This document shows, one piece after another, positions 12,318 to 27,023 of a DNA stretch of 64,000 nt (its first letter is position 1; the number at the start of each line of letters is the position of its first letter). The DNA lies in NCBI GenBank assembly GCA_964016885.1, contig OZ024745.1:105710001-105774000 (forward strand). The letters run 5' to 3'. The notes under the pieces are model-generated. The model worked only from the letters and a program-made list of their open reading frames with translations. It had not been told where the DNA came from and did not search any database. This DNA comes from Eledone cirrhosa. Taxonomy: Eukaryota. Position numbers and translations under genes: made by a program.

Positions 12318-13574
12318 ACCCCCACCCCCCATTAACGTTTGCAAAAATAAATTCAAAAAGTCCTCACAGAATGTCGAATATTATCAGTTTTCGAATCGAG
12401 CGGTTTGAATGTGTCTTAAACGGTGAACCACAGATTGTCAAAGAAAATTATTTAAGGCTTGAGAAAACCCATATTAATAGCCGAGTTCCTCAAAATATTC
12501 CTTGATCATAATTTAATTATATCCATAATTTTGTATGATTAATAAACAAATTATTAGTAGTCATTACATTATTTTGTTTCAGCACTATTCAATTTGAAAA
12601 AATGAAATTATAATCATTTTACATAACACTACCTGCTGTTATACACATTGATAACATTATACTCCTAAAATTATCCGTCGTATAAAGTTCAACTCTAGTT
12701 TTTCTATATCTTTATTTTAAAAGATAGATTAAAAAAAGAAAACATCGTCCATGCGAATTGCGGCAGTAATTTTTCATTTGATCTCAAATTGACTACATAG
12801 TGAAAAAGATTGAGAACCACCACATTAGACTTTCTACTCCTCATGGCAAATTGATTTTGTTTGTGATTCTAAGAATTTTTCTTTGTTGATTAATAGGTCG
12901 TATTCAGTAAATATTGAGTGATGGTTGGAAGGTTGGTTCTTCTAGACCACTCCTTTAATGTTGTTCTTTTATTTTGGATATGTTTCTCCAACTGATTTTC
13001 TGAAATTGTTTTCAGTTGCTTTTGTTTGTGTTTCGATTTCTCTAGGTTATATTTAGTTATATTCTTCGTTCATGATAGAAATTGCATCTGTTATTCATAA
13101 AAATTCTCATAGTGAGGAAAAGTAACTCACAGGAGCTTTCTGCATACGACACACAAATAAGGTAGATTCTTACTCATGTAATACAGTGATTTGATAAGGG
13201 TGCATTAACTGAAATTATATGCAGTTAGGCAAAACTCTCTCTATGGACGTGTAACGTCGAAAATCAATAAGCAAGGTAAGTGGCTCCGATAAAACCAGAC
13301 AATTTAAATTTTAGGGAAATCAAAACAATGCACATACTCGTGGACCTTTTCTTCAATACCAACTGGAAGAAAACAGCGGATATGTTTCAATCTTGTTAGA
13401 TCTCCTCAGTGAAGCATATTTATCTCATGGACATTGAAATAGAGGGAATACAGTTTACAGTTTTAGTGGGAGAGAATAATCAATGAGACCAACCTCAATA
13501 TTTTGTAGGTTCAATATTTTGTCGACTCGAAAAAAGATGAGAGGCAAAGTCAAATTCGATAGAATTTGAACTAA

Positions 13575-13710
13575 TAATTGTTTCTATTTTAGGCACAGGC
13601 CAGAAATTATCCAGTACATTACTGGTACTTTATTTTATCGACCCCGTAAGGATGAAAGGCAAAGTTAACCTCGGCGGGATTTGAACTCAGACTGTAAAGG
13701 GACGTAAAGA
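13575..13710 (-). mobile_element. tRNA-derived SINE (partial)
   Basis: Reverse complement of GAGTTCAAATCCCGCCGAGGTTAACTTTGCCTTTCATCCTTACGGGGTCGATAAAATAAAGTACCAG. Confidence 0.8.
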
Positions 13711-15277
13711 ATTTGAACTAATAATGTAAAGGGATGTCTCTCAAAGTCACTCTAACAAATTTGTCAGCCTGCTGATATCGTTCATACTACATAATTTTAG
13801 ACATTTTACCATCTATCTATATATAAGTGTGTCTGTCTGTCCCCACAAATATATATTCTAATTATGCTTGATACATTCTTAAATTTTTAATAAAGTTACA
13901 TTACAATTATAATAAGTCTATAAATATTCCATAAATATTCTTCGTTTTAATTTTTGTTCTAACTATATAAAGTGGTCTATGCTCCTCGGAAATAGTTAGT
14001 TATGCGCCACCTTCAGTCTGAGTCATCCGACTCACTCATCACTCTTTCTTATGTTAGGAATACTATATGTAACCTCTAATCTCCAGATAACACACTAAAC
14101 ACCATTGCATGTTTTTCCTACAATTGATATCTTTCTGCTCACGTACAACATCAACCACATTTTCACTGTTCTCAAAGACATTGCGAAGGAACTGGTCGCA
14201 GGATCATTCTCTAACCCCTCATACAATGTATAATAGATTTTTTAAAAACATATGGCAAATATAATAAATGTTGTTGTTAAAGTGTTGCCGTAAACATCTC
14301 GCCGTTTCCAAATTTATTTGACGAAAGCTGTAGCTTTTATTTTTGAAATGATATTGACTTGAGATAAATTTTGCTGCTCTTTCTCACGCGTCAAGTGACT
14401 GTATAGCGTTTTCCTAATTGGCTTCCATAGTAAAAGTATTGGCGTAAATACCCTAGGAATGGTGTCTCCAACTTCCAGTTATTGTTTAACACCTAGGTCA
14501 ACACACTTCATCCCTTTTTCTGGTTCAAATATATAATATTTAGGGCTTCATAATAAGATGCATGCATTCTCACTACCCTTACTTTCTAAATTAAAATAGT
14601 GAATGATTTAATGGAGATTTGGCAGTTAATTCTAGCAAGCTAAGTGATAATATTATGCTTTTATATACTAGTGTTTCACTATTGTGTGTCGATAGATTTG
14701 GAGACCTGTTTACGTATTATACCTCTCATGTGAATTGATATATCTACACTGTGGTTATCGATCGATCAATCATACTTGTTCAACACACGTTAATAAAGTA
14801 AAAGGAATGATTTCTTCCTTTCGCTGTAGCTATTTCAATACTCTCCAAACTTTTTATCTATGCTCCAGGCTGTCTTCTATATTAGAAGATTCACTAAGAT
14901 TTGCACATGATCCTTCCAAACACTATATAACATAGGAACTATTATTTCTTGCAGACGATATACAGGTCTATTTGCAAATCTACATAGCAACTGCATTTTT
15001 CTGCAAATATTTATCATTGGGGTAAGACTTATGAATGATAGATACGATTAAGTTACATATTTTTTACTAAAATTTCCATAAACCTATTGGCCATAACCAT
15101 AAGGCATAACAACTAAGAAAATTGCATTATCGAAAATCGTATGCCATCAACTAACCTTAGTCTATTTCCGCTGCTCTAATCTGAATCTTGTTATGGTACA
15201 AACTCGATAACACAAGTCTAGAGAAGGCATTATTCAAACCTTCCTTGCTTCGTAAAATACATATTGTGCGTGTGTAT

Positions 15278-15393
<116 letters not shown>

Positions 15394-17176
15394 GACGGTG
15401 CAGCTAGACAGAAATGGGCAAGATAAAATGAATGCGTCATGTACCTTCAGCGTTCATGATGTTGATACATATCTGTAAGTCTATTTATTTTAACTGTCTC
15501 CGACAGAATTGAAGTTTTAGTATCGAGTGCAAGTTAACTTGGGTTTCCATGCAATGTGAATTGCGATTACAATTCGAACTTTCATATTACTGTTTTTATC
15601 CTGCTTTAATAGTTTCTTATTAAATATGATGATATGGTTCTTCAGTGTAAAATTTACTCTGACACCAGTCACATGCTTAATCATCGTTCTATCATTATTA
15701 TTATCCGGAGATATCTTGATATGTTTAATATACGTTAGCTAGCATTTATCGTCATTTTAACAGCTATTGTCTTTCTAACAGTATAAGTGATGCTGAATGG
15801 TGATCTGCTTGGTTTATTATATGTAGGTATAATATCTCAAAATTGTATTTAGGCTTTTGAGAAGCCTAGTATATAAACATAAAGTTAATGGAAGGCCACT
15901 TTATTATTTCCCTCGTTGCCAATAAAATTTACCATTATTTCAAATTAGCTTACTTCCAAACCTTGTTCAATGGCTAAGTCGATGTCAATAGACGTTTAAA
16001 ATGATACTGTATCCATTTTGCTTATAATGCATTAGGTAAAATTATACTGGTGGCTGCACTCTGCTACACTGTTGAGGAGGTTTTCCATAATATTTCAAGC
16101 ATCTGTAGATATCGCTGTTAGCGAATGTAACATAGTAATATGAAATTAGTTATATTCTATAACCAGTAGCACTGTTAACATGACAGACGTTGCGAGTGAA
16201 TGGGCCAACAATTGAATCAGTGGGGATTTTAAAATAATTTCGAATAATAAAGGATAGAATTCATAATATTTCACATGGAAGTCATTTCCTGCACACATAT
16301 CTCATAGAGAATTATTGTACAACATTATCATAATATGCTTCTAATCATGCAGCGTTAAATCATACATATGACTACAATATTATTATTTAAAAATAATATT
16401 GTACTTACAACAGATAAGGGGCATTATATTTCACACATAATGTCTAAATTCGTTGATCCATATAACAATAATGTTTATATGATAGAATGTACAATCTAAA
16501 ATATTCCCAAGCAACAAAATGAAAAAACAATCCCGATTCCAATAATACTTTTACTTTGTTCTATAATGACGTTATGCAATGTTGGCACCAGGTCCTATTT
16601 TTATGTAGCTTGCAATGACATTTCTAAAGATACATATAGTTAAACATTTATAAAAAAAAATACGATCGAGATGTGTCATACTTGCAGTTTATACAAGTAG
16701 CTTTGTTTGCTCTTCTTAGCAATGACACCAACAGCAGTAGCCAAAGCACCAACCAAAGTCACAACAATAAAAACAACGAATAATGGACGAAAACAGCGAG
16801 AGCCGGTCATTAACGGACAGTAAAAAAAATACTACAAACCCAGCAATCTTGACAAGAATAACAACAGGCACCATGACACCCACAGCGACAGCAACATCGC
16901 GAACAATGTCAACAGTGGCAACTGGGATAGCATCATCCACAGTCACATTAACCATTGCAGCTTCAACAGCAATGAGACGGACGCTCACACCGATAATATT
17001 AGTAGTAATAACATTAAAATTAGTAGTAGCAAAATGGCCACAAGATTTCAGAGACCGCATGCGGGCACTCTACCTACGTTAGGCGTGGCTGAGGTAGAAA
17101 TACTTGTGCAAGAAAAACTGAAGTGTTTGTGTTTGATTTAACTGACGTACATACAGTTGTTAGGAAAGGAATCAAT

Positions 17177-17514
<338 letters not shown>

Positions 17515-17540
17515 ATATATATATATATATATATATATAT

Positions 17541-17684
17541 CGTTTCTGAATTTGTTTAGCAAGATTCTTTATCTGAAATCGTGTGTTGAAACCGATATTG
17601 TTATACTTTGGGAGGGTCATGTTGCCAATAAGAAACACACTGGTGCGTGTGTTTCTTATTGGCAACATGACCCTCCCAAAGTAT

Positions 17685-17692
<8 letters not shown>
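17541..17692. mobile_element. (TA)n-embedded fold-back element with perfect 46-bp arms
   Basis: 17595-17640 and 17647-17692 are exact reverse complements around TGGTGC. Diverged relative at 54990-55170. Confidence 0.75.
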
Positions 17693-17730
<38 letters not shown>

Positions 17731-17735
<5 letters not shown>

Positions 17736-18260
17736 ATCAAGGTTTAGCAAATAGAGAAAAAATTTTAAAATTAATTTTAAAAAGTTCGCTGTACTTACTA
17801 TATGTACCTTTACCGCGCGGTTTCAAATCCCAAAATAAATGGATAATCCAGGCGGATTTCCATTGAGAAGGGGACTCTCGTCAGAAGGTTCTTCTCGCTC
17901 GGAGAATATAAAATTCCCGAGTCCAAATCATAAACTGGCGCCATACAAAACTGTTCCCGGATGAGAGTGAATGAGGAAGGAACCAATTCTGTCTAGTGCC
18001 GTGTGTAAAGACAGAAGGCAAGGGCGGACAGGTCAATGTCCTGCCACTAGAAATAGCAGCAGTACAAACGACCAAAATATTATCTCAACCTTAGGGGAGA
18101 TTAATAATAATAAAGCATCTGTATCTACGTGTAAAAAATACATATAGTGATACAAGTATTATCCAACCGTATGCCAATGTGGTTCTATGGGAGGTTAATA
18201 AATTAACGAGCCAGAACATATAAAATCAAGGTTTAGCAAATAGAGAAAATGTTTTAAAAT
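17731..18260 (-). mobile_element. 489-bp unit with terminal direct repeat and HHR (17806-17889)
   Basis: ATAAAATCAAGGTTTAGCAAATAGAGAAAA at 17731 and 18220. HHR: ACCUU-CUGACGA-GAGUCCC...GGGAUUU-GAAA-CCGCGCGG-UA-AAGGU. Confidence 0.75.
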
Positions 18261-18359
18261 AAATTGTGAGATTTGGTTGATAGTTTACACCGCTCCAGTG
18301 ACCATGTTGAGCAGCCTTTCTCATTGGCTCGAAATACGTGTATTATTTGTAGTAGGTGT

Positions 18360-18414
18360 ATCATCATCATCATCATCATCATCATCATCTTCGTCATCAT
18401 CATCATCATCATCG

Positions 18415-18446
<32 letters not shown>

Positions 18447-18468
18447 GTCATCATCATCATCATCATCG

Positions 18469-18513
<45 letters not shown>

Positions 18514-18576
18514 CTATCATTATCATTATCATCGTGGTCACAACCATCATCATCATCAACATCGTCATCATCAGCG

Positions 18577-18618
<42 letters not shown>

Positions 18619-18893
18619 CTATCATTATCATTATCATCGTGGTCACAATCATCATCATCATCATCAACATCGTCATCATCATCGTCATCATCATCTTCAT
18701 CATCATCATCAACATCATCATCATCACTATCATTATCATCGTGGTCACAATCATCATCATCATCATCATCGTCATCATCATCGTCATCATCATCTTCATC
18801 ATCATCATCAACATCATCATCATCACTATCATTATCATCGTGGTCACAATCATCATCATCATCAACATCGTCATCATCATCGTCATCATCATC

Positions 18894-18924
<31 letters not shown>

Positions 18925-18987
18925 CTATCATTATCATTATCATCGTGGTCACAACCATCATCATCATCAACATCGTCATCATCATCG

Positions 18988-19032
<45 letters not shown>

Positions 19033-19144
19033 CTATCATTATCATTATCATCGTGGTCACAACCATCATCATCATCAACATCGTCATCATCATCGTCATC
19101 ATCATCTTCATCATCATCATCACTATCATTATCATCGTGGTCAC

Positions 19145-19178
<34 letters not shown>

Positions 19179-19200
19179 GTTATCATCACATCATCATCAA
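18360..19200. repeat. Compound (CAT)n microsatellite with higher-order unit
   Basis: The marker CACTATCATTATCATCGTGGTCACAA (or a longer variant) recurs 7 times within (CAT)n. Confidence 0.9.
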
Positions 19201-19335
19201 CTTCAGAAGCGGTGGTGGTAGTAGTAGTAGTAGTGTTATTATTATTATTATTATCATTATTATTATTATTATTATTATTATAAAGTACCAGTAATGCACT
19301 GGATAATTGCTGGCCTTGTGCCTAAAGTAGAGACA

Positions 19336-19408
<73 letters not shown>

Positions 19409-19503
19409 GTAGTAGTAGTAGTGTGTCGCAGTAGTAGTGGTAGTAGTAGTAGTGTGTGTAGTAGTAGTGTGTGTCGTAGTAGTAGTAGTAGTAGTGTGTG
19501 TCA

Positions 19504-19535
<32 letters not shown>

Positions 19536-19940
19536 TGTGTCGTAGTGGTAGTAGTAGTAGTAGTGTGTGTCGTAGTAGTAGTAGTGGTAGTAGTAGTAGT
19601 AGTGTGTGTCGTAGTAGTAGTGGTAGTAGTAGTAGTGTGTGTCGTAGTAGTAGTGGTAGTAGTAGTAGTAGTGTGTGTCGTAGTAGTAGTGGTAGTAGTA
19701 GTAGTAGTGTGTGTCGTAGTAGTAGTGGTAGTAGTAGTAGTAGTGTGTGTCGTAGTAGTAGTGGTAGTAGTAGTAGTAGTGTGTGTCGTAGTAGTAGTGG
19801 TAGTAGTAGTAGTAGTGTGTGTCGTAGTAGTAGTGGTAGTAGTAGTAGTAGTGTGTGTCGTAGTAGTAGTGGTAGTAGTAGTAGTAGTGTGTGTCGTAAT
19901 AGTAGTAGTAGTAGTAGTAGTAGAAGTAGTAGTAGTAGCA
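19409..19940. repeat. (GTA)n-derived ~36-bp minisatellite
   Basis: GTGTGTCGTAGTAGTAGTGGTAGTAGTAGTAGTAGT is repeated. Confidence 0.9.
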
Positions 19941-20134
19941 ACAGTAACAATAACACTCGGGGAAGAGTGTTGTTTAAACAGCCAATGTTTATTGATTAAA
20001 ACGGCTTAAGATGAGAAAAAAGTATTGGCTAAATATCACTGCAGTTATCCCACACAATTCTACTACAAAGGCTTCGTGGTTATTGGTGGCAAGGAAGATA
20101 AAGAGCATTTTGGATATAATGAAGTATGTGTGTG

Positions 20135-20382
20135 TGTGTATGTGTGTGTTTGTTTGTTTCAAGGCGCGGTATTTAGTGTTTAGAACGTTCGGCTCATGTT
20201 CGCTTAGTAGTGAGAGCGATTACCACCTTTATTTCACACCACACTTTTTTTTTCAGTGTTACAGACCACTCAACTGAAAAAAGTATGATGTGGAATAAGC
20301 TCGTAATCTCTCCAAACGAACGCGAGCCGAACGTCCTAAACACTAAATACCTTGAAACAAACAAACAAACACTCACATACAC
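20135..20382. repeat. Imperfect ~250-bp palindrome (MITE/fold-back-like)
   Basis: GTTTGTTTGTTTCAAGG..GTATTTAGTGTTTAGAACGTTCGGCTC pairs with GAGCCGAACGTCCTAAACACTAAATACCTTGAAACAAACAAAC. Confidence 0.7.
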
Positions 20383-20624
20383 TCAAAAATAGCTGTACCT
20401 ATTATTCAATAGGCCGGGTTTGTCACACATAAGAGCTAACTTAAGTTCACGTGTTAATTTCATGAGCTGGCTGTTACTTCATCGAAAGACAGGAAGAACA
20501 ATCATCATCGTAACCAACAGAGGTGATTATGCTGTAAACAAATATATATATATATATATATACACATATATATTGTTATATATATAACAAAATATAACAA
20601 TATATATGTATATATATATATATA

Positions 20625-20770
20625 TTAGCAGTATGGCCCGGGGTTGCTCGAGATTTGCTCTAGGGTTCTTATATATATGATATATATTTATCCTTATCGA
20701 TCCTCGTAAAATAAATACGTTTGTTTATATTTTGTTATTGTGTATGCAAAAATGTATGTACACGAATATA

Positions 20771-20816
<46 letters not shown>

Positions 20817-20944
20817 TAACAGATTAAAGTTTAAGCAAAGAATCGCTGCTTTCACCCTTAACGGGATCTTCTGAAACTAAACATATCAATCTGTGAACGC
20901 AGAAGTAAATATTTAGAAAAACGTTACACACACACACACACACA

Positions 20945-21035
<91 letters not shown>

Positions 21036-21372
21036 GAGGTTATATTTAATTTGTTGGGATAAAACAAGTTTAAAAATATTTTTATAACTGATATATAGCA
21101 CTCAACAGTTTAATGGAGTAAATATATTAATATATGTTAATATATTGTATGTATCTATCTAAAAAGAAAGACTAAGAATTATAGAGAGAGATTGCTAAAT
21201 CGCCTAATGCGGTCCCTAGGACATTGAGAATTTGAATTTCTTTTGCTCAAAACACTCACAGGACCATAAGTATTGCATATGTAAAGTTTGAAAACAATCG
21301 GTTGGGTGGTTCTCGAATTTTAGGGAGTCAGACAGACAGACAGACAGACATTTTCTGTTTTAGATATATAGA
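20625..21372 (-). mobile_element. Non-autonomous Helitron-like element, copy 2, with a nested fragment at 21033-21147
   Basis: Same termini and internal blocks as 539-1478. The nested piece in its TA tract is a diverged reverse complement of 22350-22454. Confidence 0.7.
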
Positions 21373-22121
21373 TATATATTTGCTTTCCAGTTTAGGCTCA
21401 ACGCCAACAATTTGTAAGGCGGGAATCATTAGTTACATCGAACCCAGTAATTGAGTGAAACTTTACATTAACAACCTCGGAAGGATCAAATTCAAAGTTG
21501 ACCTCAGCAGGATTTCAATTCAAAACATACAGAATTGGAACAAATCCTCGGAGGTTTGACGCACATTCACGAAGAGAATATAAAGTCAACGATATATTTT
21601 TGCCATAATACACCATTAATTTTAATGAATGCTTTGCAGGATTTCGTTTGTTCTCTATGAACTATTTGAATCGTATACCTGCATTCTTTCTTCAAGCATC
21701 AGTTTTCATTCCGTTTGATACAAGACAGTATATATATTCATATATATTAGGCTATATTGGAGCTTATCAATATATATCAAGTTAAAGATTACAGAAGCTC
21801 GATGATAATCAGTATCCTTTATATATATAGATTTTAAAAAATTAATCAAGATAGGACAAAACAACGAGAACGGAAACATAAAAAACATTTTTTAAAAGGG
21901 AAAGATTAAAAATGTATTTTTTAAAAGAAAAATACAAAGGAAGGACACAGACCTGCATGTTCATCAACCGTTGACTTGGACTTTCCCACTTTCGACCCCT
22001 TCCAACGGTACTGCTGCCTGACCAATGGTCACATCGTCTGACATAAGACAACGCTATCCAATGGGATAAGAGACGAGAGACTAAACATTAATTCATAGCA
22101 ATTAAGCTAAAAGTGCACATA

Positions 22122-22187
<66 letters not shown>

Positions 22188-22199
22188 TATATATATATA

Positions 22200-22452
22200 C
22201 AATATATTAATACACAATAAATTAATAAATGGAAACTATATTTATAAAACAAATTTTGTATTTTATCTGATGAAAGCGAACCAAGATTGGCTTGGTCGCC
22301 CTTGAAATATATATAATAAAATAATTATGGTTTTATAAATATAGTTTCCATTTATTAATATATTGAATATTTACTCCAGTAAATCTGTTGAGTGGTCTAT
22401 ATCAGTTATACACTTTTAAGTTTGTTGGAATACCAACAAATTAAATCTAACT

Positions 22453-22454
<2 letters not shown>
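22200..22454 (+). mobile_element. (TA)n-embedded HHR element with inverted head (HHR 22259-22323)
   Basis: tattttat ctgatga aagcgaaccaagattggcttggtcgccctt gaaa tatata ta ataaaata. 22221-22250 is inverted relative to 22330-22359. Confidence 0.8.
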
Positions 22455-22511
<57 letters not shown>

Positions 22512-22710
22512 TGTGAGAAAAACCACAGACCCTCCATCTCAACTCTACTTTTGAAAAGCAGAAGAACTGGTAAAGGAACCAAATAAATATATATATATTT
22601 AAAAAAAAAAATAAGACTCCAGTTGCATTTTCGATTTCATCTCTTTTTCTTTATACTTTCACTCGTGTAGGACACCTCGGTTATTTTTCAATTTGTAAAA
22701 AAAAACTCAC

Positions 22711-22786
<76 letters not shown>

Positions 22787-22831
22787 ATATGTATGTATAT
22801 ATGTATATATGTATGTATATATGTATATATG

Positions 22832-22862
<31 letters not shown>

Positions 22863-22892
22863 GTATATATGTATATATGTATAAATGTATAT

Positions 22893-23471
22893 ATGTATCC
22901 CAGTACAACCTGTCTCATGGTCGGGTCGTTGGCGACTAAACTGGCAACCCTACCAAGGTTTCTTGATGAGGAGGGGGACTTTGGACATCCTGCAGGACTA
23001 AAAACAAAACCTGTCAAAGGGCAAAGAAGCTCTTAAGAGTCGATGGCCATCCAAAATCACAGGGAGAGATGACCTCTTAGCCTTTGTCAAGGCAGAATTC
23101 TAGAAGAAGGAAAACTCTGATATAACACCTGCAACCCTGATAGTATCCAATGATGTTGACTTGTTCTTCTTTTTGGTAAATATCATCTTGGTTAAGAGAG
23201 TGGGACTGGCTTTGTGCAGTGCCTTTGCTCACTATAAAAGCTTCACGGCACAGGCATTGCTTTATATCTGGAGATCTCTCTGCATTTGTCGTCACATGGT
23301 ACCATGGGCCCAGCACTATGTGTCAATAATTGTCACAAGTGTAGTGTTTGTACCAGAGTTTTCAAGTCGCTGGCTGGACTAAAAAGTCACACTCGTTCAG
23401 CGCATCGGTAGGGGTTCTCCTACATGGATATAAAGTAGTGGCCGTACTCGAAAACGAGTTGGCAGCCACCA
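22893..23471 (-). mobile_element. ~580-bp element, copy 2
   Basis: Reverse complement of 5811-6390. Confidence 0.8.
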
Positions 23472-24011
23472 TATATGTATATATGTGTATATATATATAT
23501 ATATATACATACATATATATATATATATATATACATACATATATATATTATATATATATATATATATGTATATATATACACACACACATATGTGGTGTTT
23601 CTGTGTGAGTATTAGGAGGGTGGGTATCAGTGTTGATGAGGTTTAACAATTCTTCCTCCAGTCCATGAACAGACATTGTTGTTTTATGCTTTATGTTTAT
23701 GTAACAAACCAACTTACTCCGCTGGTGATTGAAATATGAATCCGGTTTGAATTTAGATTTCATTGCTACATATTCCATAAAACAAGTAATAAATAATACA
23801 ATGATGACGATTCGATTCGATCGACACTACCATCTCACCTGCAAAAATTGACCCTTTGCTGAGACAAAAGAAATCAATAGTTCTATGATGTACGCTGTAT
23901 CATATAATCTCTTCTCTTTCAGCATTAGAAAACATTTATACTGAGTAAATAGTACTGACACGCTGTACAATATAGTAGCTCAGAGTCTGTCCATATCTAT
24001 CTATCTGTCTA

Positions 24012-24112
<101 letters not shown>

Positions 24113-24130
24113 GTGTCTATCTATCTATCT

Positions 24131-24232
24131 ATTGCATTTGTGATAATATTTTACACGTTTTTATTGTATGTAAACTTCCCCCTTTGTATTTGTCCCCTTC
24201 TTTTGTGCCCCTGTGGCTAATAAAGAAACATA
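24131..24232 (+). mobile_element. 5'-truncated 3' end of a LINE-like element in (TATC)n
   Basis: Nearly exact reverse complement of 24770-24872. TATC repeats on both sides. Confidence 0.65.
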
Positions 24233-24769
24233 TCTATCTATCTATCTATGTATCTCCATCTCTGTAATGTATGTATTTATGAATATATCGCTATCTCTAT
24301 GTATGTTTCATATAAATATAATTTGACCACCACACCATAAAAAAAAAATACCTTTTTAGCTTGATATTCTCCACTGTCTGTTTGCATATGCGCACTCACG
24401 ACTTCTTGAGGCACATGGTGGTGGTCAGGTGAGGGTTGTATTTTATTAACTGCCTATCTACCTACACATCTGTCTCTCTGTCTGGCTATCTACAAGTGTT
24501 TCTGTATGTCTTTGTATGTCTGTCTATAGCTTTCAACTTAAATATAATTACAAATGTATCTCCGTTTGGTTAAAAACAACAACAACAACAACAATAAAGC
24601 AACAATTCCAATAGCAGTCGGAAGATAGATAACTTTCTTTTTATTTTCCACCAGGGCATCAAAGAGAGGGACAAGTACAATGGGGGGAGTTTACATAAAA
24701 AGGCGTCCTCACTAAGGAGGAGGCAATAACAAAATATAAAAATAAAATAAAATATAAAATATAAGATAG

Positions 24770-25140
24770 ATATGTTTCTTTATTAGCCACAGGGGCACAA
24801 AAGAAGGGGACAAATACAAAGGGGGAAGTTTACATACAATAAAAACGTGTAAAATGTTATCACAAATGCAATTTAAAAAATTAGTCGATTTTCCCCAATA
24901 GGGGAGACAGTTCATATTGGTAACACATACCCCCGAAAAAATGTGAAACCCTCATCTCCAGGAGGACGAAGAGTTTGTACTCCTTTCCTCTCCTCCTCCT
25001 TTTCCTCAACCTACAGGCTGATATAGAGAGAAGGCCCATTCACTCGGGCCATTCTCGCCACTTTCACCCACCTTTCATAAAACTTGCTGAGGTACAGCAC
25101 CTCTCTCTCCATCCTGATTCTTCTTCCAAAGTGGTATATA
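24770..25140 (-). mobile_element. L1/Tx1-like LINE 3' fragment in GATA-type repeat
   Basis: Minus-strand peptide RRIRMEREVLYLSKFYERWVKVARMARVNG resembles an L1/Tx1 ORF2 C-terminus, followed by a 3' UTR shared with 24131-24232. Confidence 0.45.
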
Positions 25141-25611
25141 AGATAGATAAACAGATAAATAGATATTTAGTACAAGTCAACGTAAGTTAATGGATGCATG
25201 TTTCATAATGATTACTGAAATATATGGAAGAACATTATTGTAATTGGTTTAAATACGTCTAAAACGAAATACGGTGATTGCCGGAGTGTTAAGTGTAAAC
25301 TCAATGATGGAAGTATCTTTAGATTAAACGTAATCACGCGATCTTTAAAGGGTACTACGCTAGTGCACCCATCCTCTATAAATGAAAATGTGAAGTTTGT
25401 AGTAGATATTAAAGAGTCGTTTAATGATAAGGCTGTGCTACATATTTCAATAACGATCGTCTCCACATGATTTTACGTCACTAGTCACGTGATCTCACCA
25501 GACAGCATCATTATGCAATAAGGTTACGTTCCCGAGGCGATCAAAACTAAAGCGTCAAGAGAACGGACAAAAGTAATGTTTTACAACCTTTTGTCAGTTC
25601 CCACATGGGAA

Positions 25612-25681
<70 letters not shown>

Positions 25682-25685
25682 CTAC

Positions 25686-25753
<68 letters not shown>

Positions 25754-25806
25754 ATATATATATATATGTATATATGTATATATATATATATATGTATATA
25801 TGTATA

Positions 25807-25943
<137 letters not shown>

Positions 25944-26006
25944 ATATATATATGTATATATGTATATATATATGTATATATATATGTATATATGTATATA
26001 TATATG

Positions 26007-26069
<63 letters not shown>

Positions 26070-26082
26070 GTATATATATATG

Positions 26083-26113
<31 letters not shown>

Positions 26114-26126
26114 GTATATATATATG

Positions 26127-26157
<31 letters not shown>

Positions 26158-26205
26158 GTTATAGAATACTATTAGCTTCTCGCTAAAACAATTTCTATAC
26201 CTTTC

Positions 26206-26248
<43 letters not shown>

Positions 26249-26419
26249 TAAACGGAATAGAAAATGCTGACAAATTGTTCACAGTGAAAATTAGTTTAAT
26301 TAGGAATAAGTGAGAATTAGTAATTGTATTGGTTAGTATTCAGTTTTGGTTTTAAGTTTTACCGGTTGCGCATTTCCAATGCTTTTCAAAAATAATTTGG
26401 AGATAGAGCGTCCGTATAT

Positions 26420-26487
<68 letters not shown>

Positions 26488-26571
26488 ATATATATATGTA
26501 TATATATATATATGTGTATATATATATATATGTATATATATATGTATATATATGTATATATATGTATATAT

Positions 26572-26602
<31 letters not shown>

Positions 26603-26848
26603 CATATGTATATATATATATATGTATATATATGTATATATATATATACATATGTATATATATATATATATGTTTATATATATGTATATATATATATATG
26701 TATATATATATGTATATATATATATATGTATATATATATGTATATATATATATATATGTATATATATATGTATATATATATATGTATATATATATGTATA
26801 TATATATGTATATATATATGTATATATGTATATATGTATATATATGTA

Positions 26849-26879
<31 letters not shown>

Positions 26880-26896
26880 ATATGTATATATATGTA

Positions 26897-26927
<31 letters not shown>

Positions 26928-26942
26928 ATATGTATATATATG

Positions 26943-26975
<33 letters not shown>

Positions 26976-26978
26976 GTA

Positions 26979-27023
<45 letters not shown>

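Noticed and set aside
13381-13420. CUGAGGA-GAUCU..AGAUU-GAAA hammerhead-like core on minus
   Set aside because: Stem I and stem III do not pair. At best a dead remnant.
16716-17082. Thr-rich / Val-rich overlapping ORFs
   Set aside because: Looks like a decayed (ACA/GCA)n trinucleotide tract. No domain or splice support.
18254-20009. Poly-His/Ser/Ile/Met/Val ORFs of 150-336 aa
   Set aside because: Trinucleotide repeats open in several frames on both strands.
26355-26395. UUGAAAA-GCAUU..AUGC-GCAA-CCGG-UA (minus) and GCAA-UAUAUA-UA-CAGAU at 28741
   Set aside because: HHR-like geometry but several invariant core bases are changed. Not called as ribozymes.
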